A DNA stretch of 64,000 bases, taken from contig JBHGNT010000005.1 in assembly GCA_043228905.1 (NCBI GenBank), forward strand, positions 24,614,001 through 24,678,000, in the 5' to 3' direction. The notes below the pieces were generated by a model. That model made no database searches, was not told where the DNA came from, and was given only the letters and a program-made list of their open reading frames with translations. This DNA is from Azolla caroliniana (lineage: Eukaryota; Plantae; Polypodiophyta). Shown here piece after piece: positions 37,712 to 52,282 of the stretch (position 1 is its first letter; each line of letters begins with the position of its first letter). A program made the translations under genes and the position numbers.

Positions 37712-40471
37712 ACGCGGTTCATAGTGGAGTTGTCTTTACTTGTCAAGACTTACATTATGGTTTTGTCCCAACTCACATTTTGTTTTTGTACCAACTCTTG
37801 GGACACTTTGTAATGTTTTGAGTTGTACACAATATAAGAGCATTTTGTCATGTGCTTGGTCTCCATCATGCGTTCTTTGTGTCTATTAAGTCTAACAATA
37901 TTATTGGGACATAACATCATACTAGTTTCTAATTGCTTTCACGTTTGATTTTAATGTGGCCATTGAAAAATATGATTGCGCATGAGAATGGGAAACCACA
38001 CCAAAAACTATGTTTTTTCCGTTTAGCAATGTCATGTTTTTCTAAGCTTGCACATTTTGTTTTCAAGAACGACCAATTAAAAGGGAGCGAATGTAATTTT
38101 ATTGGCCTCAATCTTCATACTAGAAAAACACAAGGACGAAACAAACATGGCAATTCATCACATGGTTGAATCATTACATATGTACTTGACCAAGAGGACA
38201 CCTTTGCTAAGAAAAATAACTACACCACCTCTCAACAAAACCATTTGGAAAAAGCATATCGTGGGGTTTGACTATAGTAATGGGCCTGATTTGCATTCAT
38301 TATAAACTCTTAATTATATTAGTTTCACATCATGCACATGCCCTTAGTTTGCAAGCAATTCTAGCAAAAGTAGGCAAAAGAATGTATCACTTGTTAAATG
38401 AGTAACACTTATGTGATGTACTCATATGTAACATTACAATGTAAACTATTTCATCGCCCTTATTGATTATCATATGTGTTTCATTCTCAAATAGATCAAT
38501 TCATATGTCATGAAATCCATGTCATTATTGGAAGAAAACAATAAAAATATCTATTAGGTGCATTGCATAACATCGTGTTTTGCGATAGGTCCATATTATT
38601 CACTTAATGAGTTTACAAAATTACATTGATAAATGGGTTTGAATAGAAATTGTCTTGCAAATAAAGCTAGAAAGATGGGGCAAAAGTTCTATGCACAAAG
38701 TATACAATGAATGAGGACATAGAAATTTAACTTTTTAAAAAGGGGTATCCAATGTGTATTCTTTATAGTTTTTCTTTTTATAGTATAATATATGGATTCA
38801 TATAATGCTTGTATTGTATATTAGATATGTGTGAAGTTTCCAAATCACATGTAGTTCTTTTTATATCCATCACCTACGAGTGTAGCAAATGACCAATGTT
38901 ACGAGGCAAAAGTATTTGCTCAAGTTCACACAAATAGGGTAAATGAATGGCATGAGTTGTATAGCACTAAGATATTCACGTGAACAAGATCCTATTTTTC
39001 CACATAGTCATGAGATTGATCAATTTCATGATATGGTTTGAATGAGAAAGAGGATTATTTGGTACTTTGCCATACACATGTGGAGAAATGACCGTAGTTT
39101 TACAAGGCGTAAAGATTGATGAAACTAGTGTGAAATAGTAAAAAATAGATCAATGATCAATGCAAGTTCTCATTAGAATTAAAATTTGTGCAAATAATAG
39201 TTTGAGAAATTGGGTGAGTAATCAAAATGAAATTGTTTATGTCTGCTAATCATATTTATGTTGATAACAATGATGTAGGTGTACTATCAGTGATACAAGT
39301 CACATGGTGGGAAGAGTAGTTTGCAACTTAGCATTGACAGGCTAGCAAAAGCATGCTACAATTTTTTTAAATTACAGGAATCCTCATCTATTCAAGTATT
39401 TGAATAGGCATATTTAAAAAGTAAGAAATCATGTGTTTTCTTGTAAACATCAATATAAAATAAAGAAAGCTCAAGTGTTGCAGGTACATGGAATGATAAT
39501 TTAGAAGCATGTTGGCGCATCTATTGTAAGAAAACTGTAGGGTTTTAAGCTATGCCACAAGCATTTTGAATTGATTAAAAGTAAAATGAAATGATGATGA
39601 ATGTTGTTTCGTATGGGATGATATTCGTGTTCCTTCATATGCATTGTGATCAACTGACATTCTTGCATTTTTATTTTTCATTGTGCATAATCGTTCTAGT
39701 TCACATTTTAACCTACAAACATTGGTTGTACATGTAATCATTTGATTATGATATTATTTGTGAATGCATTCTTTGGTGGAAGACATCAAGGAGCCTAGAG
39801 GATACTTCCATAGATACTATGCTTCATGTATCTTTGAGCAAAACATATGCTGTTTTAGAGTTATTGACATATGATTGTAATGAAAACTCATAGAGCCCAA
39901 CTTACCCTAAACATGTGCAAAAGAAAGTACATTTCTATCTTCCATGCATCAACTCGCATCAAATGAACCAACTTTATTCATTAATTTAAACTCTATATGA
40001 AAGGAAAGATTCCGAAAGGAAAAAATGTGATGACAAGTGGATTTTTTTTATAGAAATGAAAGCGTTTTTATGAGAACCAAAAAAACCTCAACAATTCAAT
40101 TACTTTTTATGGTTAAATTGACTCTCTTTACATCATGCATTTTACATGCATAGACACACAAAGCTTCATAAGTGTTTAAATTTGATAACAATAATCCTTT
40201 GAACTACATGTAAACAATGCCTTAATAATCATATGAACACCCTTTTTGCTTGCATATGAAGCATCACGCATATATCATGAATGTTTAATATTCTATGTTC
40301 TTTGAGCATTTGTAACTTCAACTTCAACTTCAAACTTGATTTGGGTTCACTCATGAGATGAAATGCTATAGAAATTGACTCGTATTTGAACTAGCTCACC
40401 TCAGAGAACTTTTAATGTCTCGGTAGACATGAGAATAAGCACAGTCGTAGAGGTACTAATCACAAATATGT

Positions 40472-40503
<32 letters not shown>

Positions 40504-43500
40504 AAGCAACGCCGTCTAAACATTTAATGTTTACATAGTTTACCCACTTTGCAAAGGAAAGAGAATGCACTCAACATAATTATGAGCCCAACTCGGGAAC
40601 TAATTGCAAGACAATTCAACGTGTCTGCCTTTATTGACACTTGATTCATAAATTTCCATGATCAATGAGAACTTAATGAGACACATCATTATTCACTTGA
40701 AGACTTTACCTTTGTCTCGAGGACATTGAGTAAGAAGGCATGTCCTATTATCAACAACATTAAGGCAACATGGTGAATCACCCACTTTAATACGAGGATC
40801 TTAGAAAAGCCCATTTATTGGATCTACAGTATTTTACTTGATTTACAGAGGAGAAACAATAAAAAAGCACTCTCGTTGCATTATTTTCTTCGTGACAATG
40901 ATGTGTTACGTATAGCCATGGTTGGGTTGGAGAATTGTACTCAAATAAAATATGCACTATGTAGCAAGTTGTTAGATATCAAAAGATGGTGAAGGCAAAT
41001 CAAATACAATAACTAGAAACAACAATGTTGTAAAAAATGATAGAAAACAAACGCATGATACATCATATTCCCAATACATACAATGGTTAGTTAAGCACAA
41101 CCATAGTCACAAAGAGCTCTTATCATCCACAAAAATTAGATTTCTGGTACAAGAGTATTGATATGTATTAATTGGCCTCCTAACCAAAAATTAAACATGA
41201 AATCTATTTATTGAGTTGTCTATGGATGATGACGAATTAATTGCACACTAATAGTTAGGGAACTCACTTGGTACATCCTTTTTTAGGGATTCCCTTTTAC
41301 AAATTCCAATGAATAAGGAATGGTGGTGTCCATGGACATAATCAAATTACTCAAATAGTTAAGGTATATTATTACCAAACAATTCATGAATGAAAATATG
41401 GTTGAAGGGTGAGAATCTGAGACAATAATCAAACTAGCCACAACAATATTAGGAATTTCCTTCCCATGATAGATACCAAGGAAAAACATCTCACAATTAG
41501 GTCTAGAGAAATAAACATCGTATAGTTAAATGTATAATGCAAACGCCAATTTCACGTAATCAACACTTGGGATAAGATAGTTCAAATCAAGTGCCAAACT
41601 AAAATATATAAACCTATTGGGTATAATGAAATTGGAAATATTGTATGTGTAATGTATTCCATAGTGTATACCTAGTCCAGTTACCCCACTAAGCTGAGAA
41701 TCAAAAGATCACATCTAATGATTGAAAGAAGAAGTTGAATACACATGAAAGGCAAGTCACTCAATCATTCGGATAGAGAAGAGAAAAGACACGGAACTTT
41801 AAGGGGGTGAAGTGGGAAACATCAAAAGAGGCCTTTGACCATGGAGTGGAACATAATGTTTTACCAGACTTTTCAGCTTGCCCTTTTTCTCAAATCTAGC
41901 ACATTCTTCCTTCACTACAGAGACCGGTTTACTATGTCGTTGAATGACAAATCCAAAATCTAATTGCGATCATCTATCATGTAAATGAAAATTATCATTC
42001 TTGGAACCAAAGTTTACAAACTGAACATGATCTTTGAACAAAATTTGGAAGGCTCGCTCGTAAGTCTCGGAGGAAACAAACACTATTTCATTTACTATTA
42101 TTACTAATATATTTGAAAATAAAGTTAGTGTGTTCATTTATTTAGAAAGAGGAAAGATCGATGATTGCTGAGAGAGTTATTCTGTGCTATAGATGAATGA
42201 ACCAAGAGCCCCCTTCCCCAAAAGGAAAAAGATACCAATTTTCAAGCAAAGTAATGACATATTCAAAACCTAATCACACCCCCTACATTGGTTCACACGC
42301 TAAAATGTGCATACAACCAAGCAACTTCACAAATCTTGTTGATAAAAATTAGCAGTTCCCTTGCATAAGGGAAGTGGTTGAGTTTTGCTAAACAATGTTA
42401 TTTAGCAATCGATCAACATATTCAAAACCTTTCATGAGTTACTTTTGTTGCGATATTCAATTGCGTAACAAAAGCATAATTGTGTTATTGAGTGAGCAAC
42501 AACTTCACGATCATACCACAACCTTGCTTGACAACAATGCACATATTGCTTATGACTTGAAATATAGAATAAAGTTCACAAAACTAGTGCACACGCAACT
42601 CATTTAATAAAAACACAAATGTTGATAGTAATATATTGGGGATGATTTCCCTTCTCAATAATAACAAGGATGATTACTCAAGTATGCTACAAATTACATG
42701 AATCACAATAATATTCTCGTTCATTGAAGTATGGTAAAATAGAGATGTCAAAGTATGTGAAAATTAAGATTAAGCACACAAGCACACCTTTCAGATGGAA
42801 TGTGTGAGATTATGAAAATGTTTTTTCCCCTCCATGATAGTTATGAAACATATTCTAGCAGTTACACTATCAACTTACAAATTCCTCCTTGAACTAGGGA
42901 AAAGAGTCATTCGTGTCTGGTTGAGTCTAGAACCACATGAACAAAAAGAATGCTATCTAAGCCGAAGCCCGCATATTCTAATTTTGAGGAACAATGACGG
43001 AGAAAGGTTAAGCAAGACAGTTTGATCAAGAGGATCAACGAGCAAGGTAAAATGTGTATCAAAAGCTTAATTATGTGGATTTGGTGTTAAGAGTTAGTTT
43101 CATGTGATCATTTGGAAGCTTAGCTACTTTGGGCAATGGCAATGAATGAATGTATGTAATAATGTATGTATATGCATGAATGTCATACATGAGAAAAATG
43201 AGAGAGGCATGCTTTTGTAATTTCTCAAAACTTTGTAGGCATAATTAATAGCAAACAAAATAGAAAAAAGTAAAAAAAGAAAAGAAAAAGAAAAACAGAA
43301 AGAAAATATGTATAAGGAAAAAGAAAAAGAAAATACAGAGGAGACATTTCCTCTGCTTTTATTTTAATTTGTTTTTTAAATATAATTGATTTATGTTTTT
43401 TGTTTTCTACAGAGAAGCAGAAGACAGATCCTTCTATCGATGGCGACAGATTTGGGCGCTTCAACAATCTCTCCTTAGTCATCTCTGCACAAAAATTTCT

Positions 43501-43775
43501 ACAGAAATGTCACTTATTTGTACATAGAAAGAAGGAAGAGATCAAGACAAAAGAAAGACCAATTTCTCATTCTCTCAGGCGGGGGCGAGAGAGAGAGAGA
43601 GAGAGGGAAGAAGAAGAAGAAAAGTAGGGGGCTTATTCTTCTTCTCAGAACATGCTTTTGTGATGATGGGCGGTGATGAGAGAGGTAAGCATAAGCTTCT
43701 TCATTGTATCCTTGCTACTTCTTCTTTTTCAGAACACAGAAGAAGGCTAATGCTCGTTTGGGGTTTGATTCTTGG

Positions 43776-46700
43776 ATGAAATCATCAGATGGGAGATCTC
43801 TATTAGGGTTAGGGTTGTCTCGATTTCAATTGGGGTCTTCTCAGAAAAGCAAAAACAAGGTGGACATTTCTTCCATGAAAAAACCTCCTGAACCTCTCCG
43901 ACGTGCTGTTGCTTCCTGCTTATCTACAAGCCATCACCACCACCATCATCATCAGCAAGCTTTTCTCACTCTTCAGGTATAGTTTTTCATTTTTTATCTT
44001 TATCTTTTTCAAATTATCATCATTCAGATTTTTTCACTGCTAGTTTTTTTCTTCTTCTCTAATTTTGTCTACTGAGTAATTTATTATTATTATTTTTTCA
44101 ATTTACCTCCTCTCTCTTCAACATTGTTTTTTCCTTGCATTTTATATACTATTTAAAAATTTATATTTATATTTATATTTTAAATTTCCAGTTCAGCATT
44201 GTCAGTCTCCAGTTTTTTTCCTCAGTTTAGTTAACTTTTTCACTAATTTTAAAATTTAGTTGCCAGAAATCTAGCTATTTTTACATTTCATGATGATCGA
44301 TCTTTTCTCAGTTCTCAGCTTGTTTTACCTCATTTTGTTTAACCATTGGTTTATTAATGTTTCAAAGCAAATTCTTTATTTATTCTTTTAAGTTGATTTA
44401 TTCAAGAATTCCTGGTGGGGTGAAGAGAGCATAAAAAGTTGCCTTATGAATGGGTAGCTTTACCAATGAAAAACATGAAAAGGCCTTTTAGTGTATTATA
44501 CCAACTAAATACGCAGAACTGGCATGGAATAATCCTCAGCTGTTATCTAAACCAGTACACTTCTATATATATTTCTTGGCATAAAAATGGAAGTAATGGG
44601 AATTACTACGGAGGGTTTCTAATCACGTCTAGTGGGATTAACAATCAGTGAAACATCATATGGTAAGAGGTTAATATTGATCATGCTAGGCATGTATAGC
44701 TGTTTATCTTTACAGAGAAGAAACACAGGTTGGCAGACCAACATCACAATCGATCTCTTTAGATCAGATGTCTGGCATACCTTTGTAGTTACGTTTGCAA
44801 GCATTATGATGATCATTGATATTGTTGAATCTTGAACGATTTATCAGAATTATGAACTGTGAATTAGAAGATTTTACCTATTATATAAATTCAGTTATGC
44901 TGGGATCACGCTGACTTCTAAATCATTTCATGATGTTTTGCTTTACAGGATTATTTGTCAAATCCTTTAACAGTGGATGTAGCTTATATAGTGCTTTTGG
45001 AGCATGCAAATGCAGAAAGAGAACGCAGGTCGAGCTCTTTGCTGATTTGGATTTCTGTTTTTGTATTGACCCCATTATACTTTTTCTTGGGTTTGGATAT
45101 GTAAATACAAAGAGCTGCTGTGTTAATGCTTATTTTTGAATCATGGCTAGTTTATAAAATAGCGTTTTGAAGCACATCGTGGAAGCTTTTCTATGTATTC
45201 ATTCCATAACTGAAGTTTTTTCACGGGAATTCTTCAAACTACATGCAAAATAGATGAGGGTTGCAGTCACTTGAAACATGAGACACTTACGAATTTTGAT
45301 TCTAACCTTGAGCACTGTAATAAGCACTTTGTCGAGGAAAATTTGGAATTCATGTTGAAATCCAGATTAGGATACACTACTTTTGGCAAATAAGCTTTAT
45401 TGGCAAATTTTTATTGTTTTTCAACAAACCCATTTGTTGTTTGTGATGTTGTTTAATCTTTTCAATTCAATCAAATAAATTTATAAATAACTTTATCACC
45501 CTTGTGTATATGTAATAAAATTTGCTTCTTTTTGACAGCCCCCCAGTGGTTTCCCGTTGTGTATTACTACTCAAAAGATACCTCGTTAGGTAATTATACT
45601 ATTATTAATTTGTCATGGCAGTCATAGGAATGATTAATGATTTCCATCTAATTTTATTTTTTCTAATGCAGATACATCCCGAAGCCTGCAATGTTACAGC
45701 AAGTGGACACATTCTGTGCAGTACTGATTGCTGAATGCAATTCCACGAACAAAGCATCCATGACCTCTACATTCACGCAAGGAAATAATGAACCTGGTAG
45801 CTTGAGACAAGCGGCATGGTCAACACCATCACAGGGGTTGACCAAAGCTGCCTTTGCCTCTGAGGCTCTCGTGAAGTCATTAAACTATGTGCGTTCGCTT
45901 GTGGCACGTTATTTACCAAGTAATCTTTTGCAATCAACTCGAATTGCAGAAATCTCCAGGAGTCGAGTATTTCATTCTTCATATGGGCCCTCAGGAAGTA
46001 GAGGGCCATCTGATGTTAAAGATTCAGAACAAACAGCAATGCTCTATAGTTTAGAAGAAGGTGTGGATTACATCGCAAATGATGTCTTAAAATGGAAGTG
46101 GATGGATCGGAACCGAGAGCAATGTTGGGTACCTTCACCAGTCATGACAGATAGGTGTGGTTACTGTTTTGTAATATTTTTGCTTGTAAATTTAAATATT
46201 GTGTATGCTCGTTAGCACAGATCAATTCTTTGGAATGTAACTCAATTGATGTGTAAGGCAGTGGGGGTATTGCAAGGCCTCAAGTTAAACGGCTATATGA
46301 ATTTTCGGATATGGGAGCAGGGACATTGTTTATGAAGAGTAATCACTTCAAGGTTCACAGACAACATGGCAGACCAGAAGAAAGAAAGTCCCATGCCGAT
46401 ACCATTCATGATCAACTATTACAACCATCTAAAGTAACAACAGTGGTGGACAGAGGCTCTATTCGATCTCATCTTCGTGCGATTACAGCGTTGAAGCGTC
46501 AGAAGACTCAATCACAAGTCTGGTATGTTGGAAGCATAATGTAGAGATTATATTTTATTCTGAAGCTTCAGTATAAGCACTTTTGTGGAGATTGAAAAAC
46601 TTCCTTCAATAGTTAAATTTGGTAAATTTTATGCTTCTAAAAATGGCTGGAGCTAGATGAGGGCAGGATGAGCATGTCAAGAAAATGTTTACTGAAAATT

Positions 46701-49700
46701 AAAAAATTTAAAATTTGTCATTGATTGTCATCCCTTTCTTAACAGGGATTCTGATGTTCCTAAGAGTACATGGAGAAGAAGACCACGCCCACTTTTCCAG
46801 TATAAACATTATCGGTAATAATTAATGATCTTTATGAAAAGGTTCTTTTATTGTTTGTTCGTGCCCTGGTGTTCCATTTATTTGCATAGGCCTATCTAGG
46901 CCTCCAGCCATATTTTCTTTCTTCCTTTTGTCTTCACTCGCCCTTCTATTCCTCTTTCATTTGCATGTCTGAAAAGTTGTGATTCCATGTGTACATGCAT
47001 TGGAGGAATGACAGACTGAAATGAGGAGCTACTATTGTAGTTAGAATCAATGGCTTGGTATTTTTCAAAATGTTGGGAGTATGAGCTGTGCTTTGAATTT
47101 CATTGAGAGAACTAAATTGGTTGTCTGCTTTTTCTGACAGTGAGCAACAGCCTCTTCGAATAAAAAACGCTGAAATCGAGGAAGTAATTTCTGCATTTTG
47201 CGTTGAAGGAGGTGTCTTAGGGGGCAACAGTCCTGTGTTACCAACTGGCAGGCTATCAGTAGAGACTGCTGATGTTGCAGGAAGTGTTCTTATAAAGTTA
47301 ATAATGGACATGTAAGTTATCTTATAATTGCATTTTACATGCTTTGTTTTCACGGAAGCAGGTTACGAGTTTCTTCTTTCTAATTCTTGTGAACAGGTAT
47401 ATTGCAGACCCCTTTACTGCTGCACCACTGACCTTTTCTATGTTAGAGGTATGACATAATGCAATTTCAGTTGAAGCTAAGCGGGTGAACTACTTATGGA
47501 GGATTTCATATGTTAACTGTATGTGTTCTTCTTATGGTTTTCTAGGGTATGCTAAGCTCACATTCGATGCCTGTCAGAATACGCTGTTTTGATTTGCTTT
47601 TGAACCTTGGTATTCATGCACATTTGCTGGAACCAATTCAAATTGAAGACCAACCTGCAATCGAAGAAGGAGAACCACCTGCCCATCTAGGAGGTGTATC
47701 ACCTTTTTTATCCTCAAAAAGAGGTCTTAATTTGCAAGAAGCTTTCAGGGCTGAAGAAAGATCTGAACTACAGAGACCTCAAGAAGAGACACCAACTTTT
47801 AAAGACACAGTGAAAAAGGTTGATACTTGTACCCCAGAGGCTGTCAAATTATTTGAGTTGTGGATGCTGCAGATATTGTTTGAGATGCTGCTACTCCTTG
47901 TCCAGGTCTGATTTGTGATACATATGCTTTGTGCTGGGCTTATCGGGAACCTTATTTCTAGCTACTTTATTCACAGATGAGAGAGAAGGAAGAAGCAGTG
48001 TGGGTGTCAGCTTTGAGCTGCTTACTTTTTTTTATCTGTGATTGTGGTAGAGTACAAAGAGAACGCTTATATGGAATTGATATAAGGGTATGTTTGGGAA
48101 AGAGAGTTTCTTTTATGATCAATACTTATCCTTTCTGCATCTCATTTGTCGTTAATTAGGGGGTTCTTTAAATGCGTCATACATTTATGGATTTCCATGG
48201 TATTGTAAACAGGTGCTTAAGACACTTTTAGATATAAGCTGGAAAAATGCATGGGCCAATGAACTTCACTGTACATTGGTTTGCATGATGTCAAACTTGT
48301 TGTATAAGATAGCAGGACCTCTAGATGCTGGTGGTGGTAGAAAGGTCATATTTGACATGGAACAGCTGGACCTCCTTGGTGGCATTGAGTTTATTTTTCT
48401 GGAGGTTAGTAGGTTAACTCATAATGCAAGATATTGATGCTGTCAAGTTCTATTATAATAGCTCAATGTGCCCTTATGCTTTTGCAGTATGGGAGAGCTA
48501 AATCTTCGCAAGAAAGAACAAATCTTTTCTGTGTGGTGCTGGATTCTATACTCACACAGATGGACAACAAACTCCATATTTCTGGAAACCCCTGTCTGGG
48601 GTTTGATGATATTCAGGCTGTTGTTGGTGCCCTCTGTTTTGCGGATGCAGCTGAATCAGTGGGGTTTGCTTTAAAGTATGGACTCAAGAGTGTAGGCAAA
48701 GGTTTATTCAAAGCCATCACTGCAGCTATGTCCAGAGATATTGAGAATGGCCGCCTCAACTCAAGAGTATGTCCTCTTGTAACGATTACTGAGCTTTTAA
48801 GTACTTTTAATCCAGTGTCTGACTTTATATATATCAGCACAAGCACCATTTTGATCATCGCATATAATGCGGATATGAAGAGGAAAAACTGAACAAGATA
48901 TTGTGTTTTAAGTTAGATATACCAGACTCTGGTTCAGTACCCAAGATTTTAGCTTCCGAAAATGACATGGTAGATTTAGCTGGATTATGTGGTTAGTTTT
49001 TATTTCACAACACATTTACATACCATAAATTTAGTGAACAGTGAACTTGAAAATCAGCCCTGTCGACTTTCAAATTTAGGACCATCACTTAAATGTGGGC
49101 GCTTATATGGGACCCAGTGTTGATGAATCAGCTAATGTGCTTAATTAGAAATTGGTATCATAACATGGCACTAGCTAATCTATATAGTCTGATGATTTAT
49201 TTGCATCATTGTAGGTGAATATTAGTGAACATGAGTATCAGTTTATGAACTTTCAAAGAGCTATTTAATTCTAAGTTTTAAATACTGTGATTAAGTATTT
49301 AGGGTGCTGATATAAATGGGCAATAAGCTTTAATGTATTGGATTTTCTAAGCTTAAACAGACATAAACGTTGTGTAACACTTTTTCTCTGAACTGAAATC
49401 TATTAATTAATATTCATGAAATATTGATGGAATTTCTCATCTATTTTTCAGTTATTGGAAGAGGTGACATCTATTCTTGATGATCTGATTTCCACGTACT
49501 CACAACCAGCTGAGGAATTTTCAGAGTTGATGTCGATCACAATGGGCAGTTACGGGTTGTCTGGTATTGATAATGACATCTCAACAGAGAATTCATATGA
49601 TTCTAATACTCATGCTTGGTCCACATTATGTGCATTATTACATTCTTCTAAGTTTTCTTGCCGATCCCAAGGCTACTCATGGCTTGTAGATGTGTTATCC

Positions 49701-51350
49701 CATGAGTTGACTCATGGAAATACTGACATGCTTGATCTCTTACCACAAAGTCCCTCCCATTTATCCGGGTGCAGACAGGCAACTGCGTTAGCTGAAAATT
49801 CTAAAAATTCACTAGACAAATGTTCAGCTTTACATGTGTTCTATGGTTTGCTGAGGTCAAAGCATGCCACCATAAGAAGAGGCTTCATTTTAGTTCTTGA
49901 AAGGCTGCTTGTTAAATGCCAGCAGACAGCAATAACCAGTTTTACACAGAAGCCAATAGATGCGGAAGCCGAGGACTATAATATGACAATAAAAAATTGG
50001 GAAAAGAAAAGTCTTGAGATAATTAATGCAGCTCTATGGCAATTTGTATCTGCAAATGATGCAAACCATATCAACATTTTACAGGCAACACTTCTGTGAT
50101 TGTACTTTGTATTCATACTAAGCTATTTATTCTACGTGAAGACTTACTGAACTCATTGTTATGCTATTGTAGATGTGTGAAGTGATGTTATCACAACTTT
50201 GCATCATGTTTCCTCCATCTCAAGAGAACCATTCAAATACATTCATAAGGAATAACATGGTGTTGGATAGATTTGGCAGTCATAGGAACATTACCGGAAG
50301 ATCATCCTCGCCAGTCACTGGAATTGAAAAAGTTGACAATAGGCAGCACATACATGAACCGCAGGAGTCTTTGGGATTTAGTCTATCAATTAACAGGAAT
50401 CCCAAATCAAATTCCTTGGCAGCAATGCTCTTGAATGGGCAAGCTGCTGCTCCAAGGGTGCTGATTGCCGACATCCCGACAGATGTGTTGTATTGGCCTT
50501 TGTTGCAATTAGCGGGAGCAGCAACTGAAGATATGTCGTTAGGTGTAGCTGTTGGTAGTCAAGGCAGAGGACGTATAGTGGGTGGAACATCAGATGTAAG
50601 AGCTGCAGTTCTAGTTCTTCTTATTGGAAAATGCTCAATTCAGCAATCCGCATTTAAGGAAGTTGGAGGTGAAGAGTTTTTCAGGTATACACAATATTCT
50701 TGATGGGTACTAAGATTTTGTTGTCAATCTGGTTCTCATGTGTATTAGAGTATATTTACATATTTCAGGTCATTGCTTGATGATATGGATGCTCGGGTGG
50801 CCTATTACACCGCATCCTTTCTTTTGAAGGTTTGCTATTTACTTGACTTAGTTGTGCAGTTTGCCAAATCATGTCCCATGAAGTATATCAATGCTTGAGT
50901 TAGTATTTTCAAAATCAGTTTTGATCTCTATCTTTATTCAACCACATTTCGTTTTTTAATATCAGCTGTAGTAGAATAGGAGGAACATTTAGACCTATGC
51001 TCTATTGCATAGAATGCACTGGATTTCCATATATCCTATGCTAGACCATACTTGATAACTGTCACAAGTAAATTTTTTAACGCAGAGAATGATGTCCGAA
51101 GAACCTGAGAAGTATCAACAGGTGCTACACACACTGGTTTTCCGAGCTCAACAGGTATAAAGAAATTTCTTTTCTATTCATATATGAGTCATGATAACCT
51201 CGGTCCATGTTTTTTTGTATTTGCTAAAGCATTTTGTCTGGTTTCCAGTGCAACAATGAAAAAATTCTGGAAAATCCATATTTACAGATGCGTGGCATTT
51301 TGCAATTAGCCAATGATGTAGGGAGTAATTTCATGTTTCAAGAAACATAG
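43776..51350 (+). CDS. Conserved uncharacterised plant protein, At3g12590-like (17 exons, ~1228 aa)
   Basis: Exons 43776-43976, 44949-45028, 45539-45589, 45672-46154, 46262-46522, 46746-46814, 47141-47311, 47397-47448, 47546-47905, 47977-48087, 48213-48404, 48488-48766, 49452-50084, 50173-50684, 50769-50829, 51086-51154 and 51249-51350 sum to 3687 nt in frame. Motifs KKPPEPLRRAVA, LLEH..AERERSP.VV.RC, RPRPLFQY and NNEKILENPYLQM are recognised from memory. Confidence 0.88.
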
Positions 51351-52101
51351 TGTATGCAAAGACTGTCTACAGATATCTGAAGCATGAACCAGGAGGATTG
51401 ATGTTTGCCAGTTTATTTGATGGATAGGGCGACATCAATATTCATTGCGTAAGTATTTAAATAATTATGAGAACTTTGTTTGTAGAAGTAAGGTTTGAGT
51501 TTTTCCATATTCATTGCTATTTGCCAAGGTAGCCGGCTGTAATACCTACCCCATGCAAAGGACATAAAATGTGTCATATGCTAAACATAATAAACCCAAC
51601 TATATTCACAAGTCCTCATGGACAGAAACAAAAGTGCCATTACCTTGCAACATTCTCATTCATCATTGCATCACTGAGGTTTTCCATAACGAACATTAAA
51701 GAGGAACCCCAGGCAACAAGTTCTGAGACCCCTGACACTATTGCGAGAACACAATATGTTGTGTACAAGAAAATAAAGGTTTTACTTCCTGTAGAGTAGC
51801 TATTGTGCCAATCTTTATCTGTGGTGTGACGTGGGTAGGCTACTGCTGTCTCATCTTGTCGAGTATGAGATTCTATCACTTTAATCTCATTGTTTTCCTT
51901 TGTATCTGCCGCTTCAGTTGTGCAATATAGCTTGGTTGGTTAGAGTTATTGTCATCATTATCTTGATCTTGCTGGGGATGTTCCCAGCACCACTTCCACT
52001 GTTATTGGATGGCAGCCAATCCATACAATATTATCAAAATAAACTTTTGACTATGGGTTACATGCAAAAATTGTTAGTGCCATTCCACATGTCTTCATAG
52101 C

Positions 52102-52282
52102 AACAAGATCTGACACCTCTCTACTGGCTAGTACTTAACAGATACTGCAGGCCAGACATTATATTCTGCTGATTCATGTCAAATAACTGTACAAAAACAA
52201 GATCTGACACCTCTCTACTGGCTAGTACTTAACAGATACTGCAGGCCAGACATTATATTCTGCTGATTCATGTCAAATAACT
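52102..52282. repeat. Perfect ~87-bp direct duplication (94-bp period)
   Basis: aacaagatctgacacctc...gtcaaataact occurs at 52102 and 52196. Confidence 0.95.

Noticed and set aside
37720-43400. Short ORFs in the AT-rich intergenic region
   Set aside because: No recognisable motifs or consistent exon chain; consistent with chance ORFs or very old repeats.
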